DNA of 64,000 bases from assembly GCA_951406725.2 (NCBI GenBank), contig OX597819.1:51832001-51896000 (forward strand). The letters run 5' to 3'. Shown one piece after another: positions 61,410 through 64,000 of this stretch. The position numbers and the translations under genes are program-made. The notes beneath the pieces are model-generated. The model had not been told where the DNA came from. It was given only the letters and a program-made list of their open reading frames with translations, and did not search any database. Position 1 is the first letter of the stretch. Every line of letters begins with the position of its first letter. The DNA is from Octopus vulgaris (lineage: Eukaryota).

Positions 61410-61811
61410 TCTCTTTTACTTGTTTCCGTCATTTGACTGCGGTCATGCTGGAGCGCCGCCTTTACTCGAGCAAATCGACCAAAGGTCTTATTCTTTGTAA
61501 GCCTAGTACTTATTTTATCGATCACTTTTGCCAAATCGCTATGTTACGGGGACGTAAACACACCACCATCGGTTGCCAAGCGATGCTGTGGGGACAAACA
61601 CACACACACAGACATATACATACACATACAAGTATATATACATATATACGACGGGCTTCTTTCAGTTTCTGTCTACCAAATTCACTCACAAGTCTTTGGT
61701 CGGCCCGAGGCTATAGTAGAAGACACTCGCCCAAGGTGCCACGCAGTGGGACTGAACCTGGAATCATGTGGCTCATAAGCCAGCTACTTACCACACAGCC
61801 ACTCCTATGCC
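61410..61811 (-). mobile_element. SINE family B, full length
   Basis: Tail through head CCACACAGCCACTCCTATGCC. Confidence 0.9.
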
Positions 61812-61911
61812 AATGAGAGAGAGCGAGTGAGAGAGACTGAGAGAGAGAGAGAGTGAAAGAGCATGAGATTGATGCAGATATATATAAACACACATATGAA
61901 TGTTTATACAT

Positions 61912-61951
<40 letters not shown>

Positions 61952-62074
61952 ATTTGTGTGTGTGTGTGTGTGAGTGTGTGTGTGTGTATCTGAATGTATA
62001 GTTAAAACATATAATAAATGCACAAACAAACGGGAAACAAACAGAGGAGATCACCAAATTGTCACGCAATTCCG

Positions 62075-62945
62075 CGCCTTAACGATAATATAACATCCCC
62101 TCTAGTGGCACCGACGGCGAAACACCGCTGGCAAATGCCGAGCCAAAAGATAAGGGCCCAAACCTGACAGAAAATGAACAAACAAACAAGAAATGAACAA
62201 CAATGCGATACAGAAAGTGAACATCCAAATGTGGAGTAAACGTAATTGAAGATGAGATAATTAGTGAATGGACGGGACAAAGACGAAAACAAACAGGACG
62301 ACATGTGGAATAAATACGAACGAACTGGAATGAATAATAAACAAACAGAAAATGGCTTTATGGCCAGACAGGAGTCAAACTGGTTAACGGCGGGAGAATA
62401 TCCTAGAAGATTAACTGGGAGACAACGAAAGGTTAACAGAGTAGGAGACGAGAGAAAATACGACGGCTTGCTCTGGTGGTCAGCGTGAAAAGGAAGGAGA
62501 TAAGTTGACGACCACAGGAGAGAGAAAAGTGGTAGAGGGTAGAGAGAAATAGAGAGCAGAGAGGGAAGACAAGAGAACGCAACAGATAGCAACATACAAG
62601 GAAAGGGAGAAAGAGAGAGAGAGGGGGAGGAAGAGAAATTAAGAGAGTGAAAGAGGGAGAGAGAGAAAGAGAACGTGAGGAGTAGACGTCGTACGAAAAT
62701 AATAACCGCACGGGCGTTCCATTATAAGTTAAAAACATGTAATAGATGCACAAAGAGGAAACCGACACAAAAGGACACGAAATCCTCGTTAGTTATCGAC
62801 CAGAGAGTGAAACGCAGTGTTTCGCACCTTAACGATAATACTGTTCCCCTCTCGTGGCGACGACGGCGGCGAAACGCCACCGAGAGATGGCAAGCCAAAA
62901 ACAAGGGACCAAACATGACAGAAAACGAACAGACAAGAAATGCGG
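62075..62945. repeat. Diverged ~125-bp direct repeats (62075-62205 and 62826-62945) with a GC-rich hairpin
   Basis: CCTTAACGATAATA..CCCCTCT(A/C)GTGGC..GGCGAAAC..AGCCAAAA..AAGGG.CCAAAC.TGACAGAAAA.GAACA occurs twice. Confidence 0.75.
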
Positions 62946-63094
62946 TTGTTTCTGCACTTATATATTTTTAACTTACTGATTAATGGATTTACAAGCGATT
63001 ACATGCACATACAGACACATGTGAGTAATCTAAGTGACATAAGTCAACTGCTCTCTATTGTCAATAGAGAGCAGTCACCATATTCCCTTCTATA

Positions 63095-63190
63095 TCGGCT
63101 AACTCTGATGAGCGCGAAGTTATGTAATCAGATTATTACCTAACACTCCATTGTATTCTTTACGCGAAACCGATTGGTAAGATCAGCCGA
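63095..63190 (+). ncRNA. Type-I hammerhead ribozyme (best-formed long example)
   Basis: Helix I TCGGCTAACT/AGATCAGCCGA; CTGATGA 63105-63111; helix II GCGCGAAG/CTTTACGC; GAAA 63166-63169; helix III ACCGATTGGT; GTA cleavage after 63179. Confidence 0.8.
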
Positions 63191-63218
63191 GATGGATATT
63201 TAGTACTATTCTTTTCGG

Positions 63219-63265
<47 letters not shown>

Positions 63266-63267
<2 letters not shown>

Positions 63268-63415
63268 GACTGGCTTATTTCAGTTTAAGTCTAACAAATC
63301 CACCCACAATGCTTGATCTGGTCGGCACGTGGCTATAGTAGAAGACACTTGTCCAAGATTCCACGCAGTGGAACCCGGAACTATGTGATTGGGAACCAAA
63401 ATTCTTACCACACAC
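63266..63415 (-). mobile_element. SINE B 5' half (diverged)
   Basis: GCTATAGTAGAAGACACTTGTCCAAG...CTTACCACAC. Confidence 0.75.
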
Positions 63416-63475
63416 ACACACACTGTGTGTGTACAGCCCAGTTTGTATGATTGTGTAGAACACCATTGTCTCTAC

Positions 63476-63517
63476 ATAAACCTGATGATTGAGCAACTCA
63501 TGAAAGTACTAGTTTAT
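63476..63517 (+). ncRNA. Compact 42-nt minimal type-I hammerhead ribozyme
   Basis: ATAAAC-CTGATGA-T-TGAG-CAA-CTCA-T-GAAA-GTAC-TA/GTTTAT: perfect 6-bp helix I, 4-bp helix II, palindromic AGTACT helix III, CUA cleavage after 63511. Confidence 0.78.
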
Positions 63518-63607
63518 TTTAATATTATAAATTGTAAAATTGTAAAACTTACAAATAATAAAACATGAAAATCAGAAGTTGGAATTTCATTGTTTAATGT
63601 ATATATA

Positions 63608-63960
63608 TGCAGGAGTGGCTGTTAGGCGCAGGAGTGGCTGTGTGGTAAGAAGCTTGCTTCCCAGCCAAATAGTTCCGGGTTCAGTCTCACTGCGTGGTAC
63701 CTTGGGCAAGGGTTTTTCTTCTATAGCTTCAGTCTGACCAAAGCCCTGTGAGTGGATTTGGTAGGCGGAATCTGAATGTATGTATGTATGTATTTGTGTG
63801 TCTGTGTTTGTCCCTCACCATCGCTTGACAACCGATGTTGATGTATTTACGTTCACGTAACCTAGCGGTTCGGCAAACGATACTGATAGCAGTCGATTTG
63901 TTCGTGTAAAGGCGGTGCTCCAGCATGGTCGCAATCAAATGACTGAAACAAGTAAAAGAA
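63608..63960 (+). mobile_element. SINE family B with duplicated head start
   Basis: GCAGGAGTGGCTGT occurs twice (63609, 63628); tail ATGACTGAAACAAGTAAAAGA. Confidence 0.88.
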
Positions 63961-63969
63961 TATACATAC

Positions 63970-64000
<31 letters not shown>

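Overview
Repeat-saturated, AT-rich eukaryotic DNA, intergenic or intronic. The SINE families and extreme microsatellite density suggest an Octopus/cephalopod genome (inference). No host protein-coding gene can be supported; nearly all ORF-track entries are translations of (TA)n, (CA)n, (GATA)n, (CATA)n and triplet microsatellites. Recognisable content: (1) many copies of at least four tRNA-derived SINE families, some dimeric or nested with clear TSDs; (2) two Tc1 (DD34E) transposons with long TIRs, several mariner remnants including a palindromic two-5'-arm element, and a Tc2/pogo-type MITE; (3) LINE fragments (two R4/Dong-type RLE, one RTE, two CR1-group) and a Penelope-like RT fragment. The most interesting signal is a dispersed set of minimal type-I hammerhead ribozyme motifs (CUGANGA...GAAA...NUH, palindromic helix III, often a long helix-II insert) in unrelated flanks, probably solo pseudo-LTRs of Penelope-like elements. 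Second is a SINE/LINE shared 3' tail with compensatory stem-loop changes. Coordinates were read by eye; the ends of degenerate copies are approximate.
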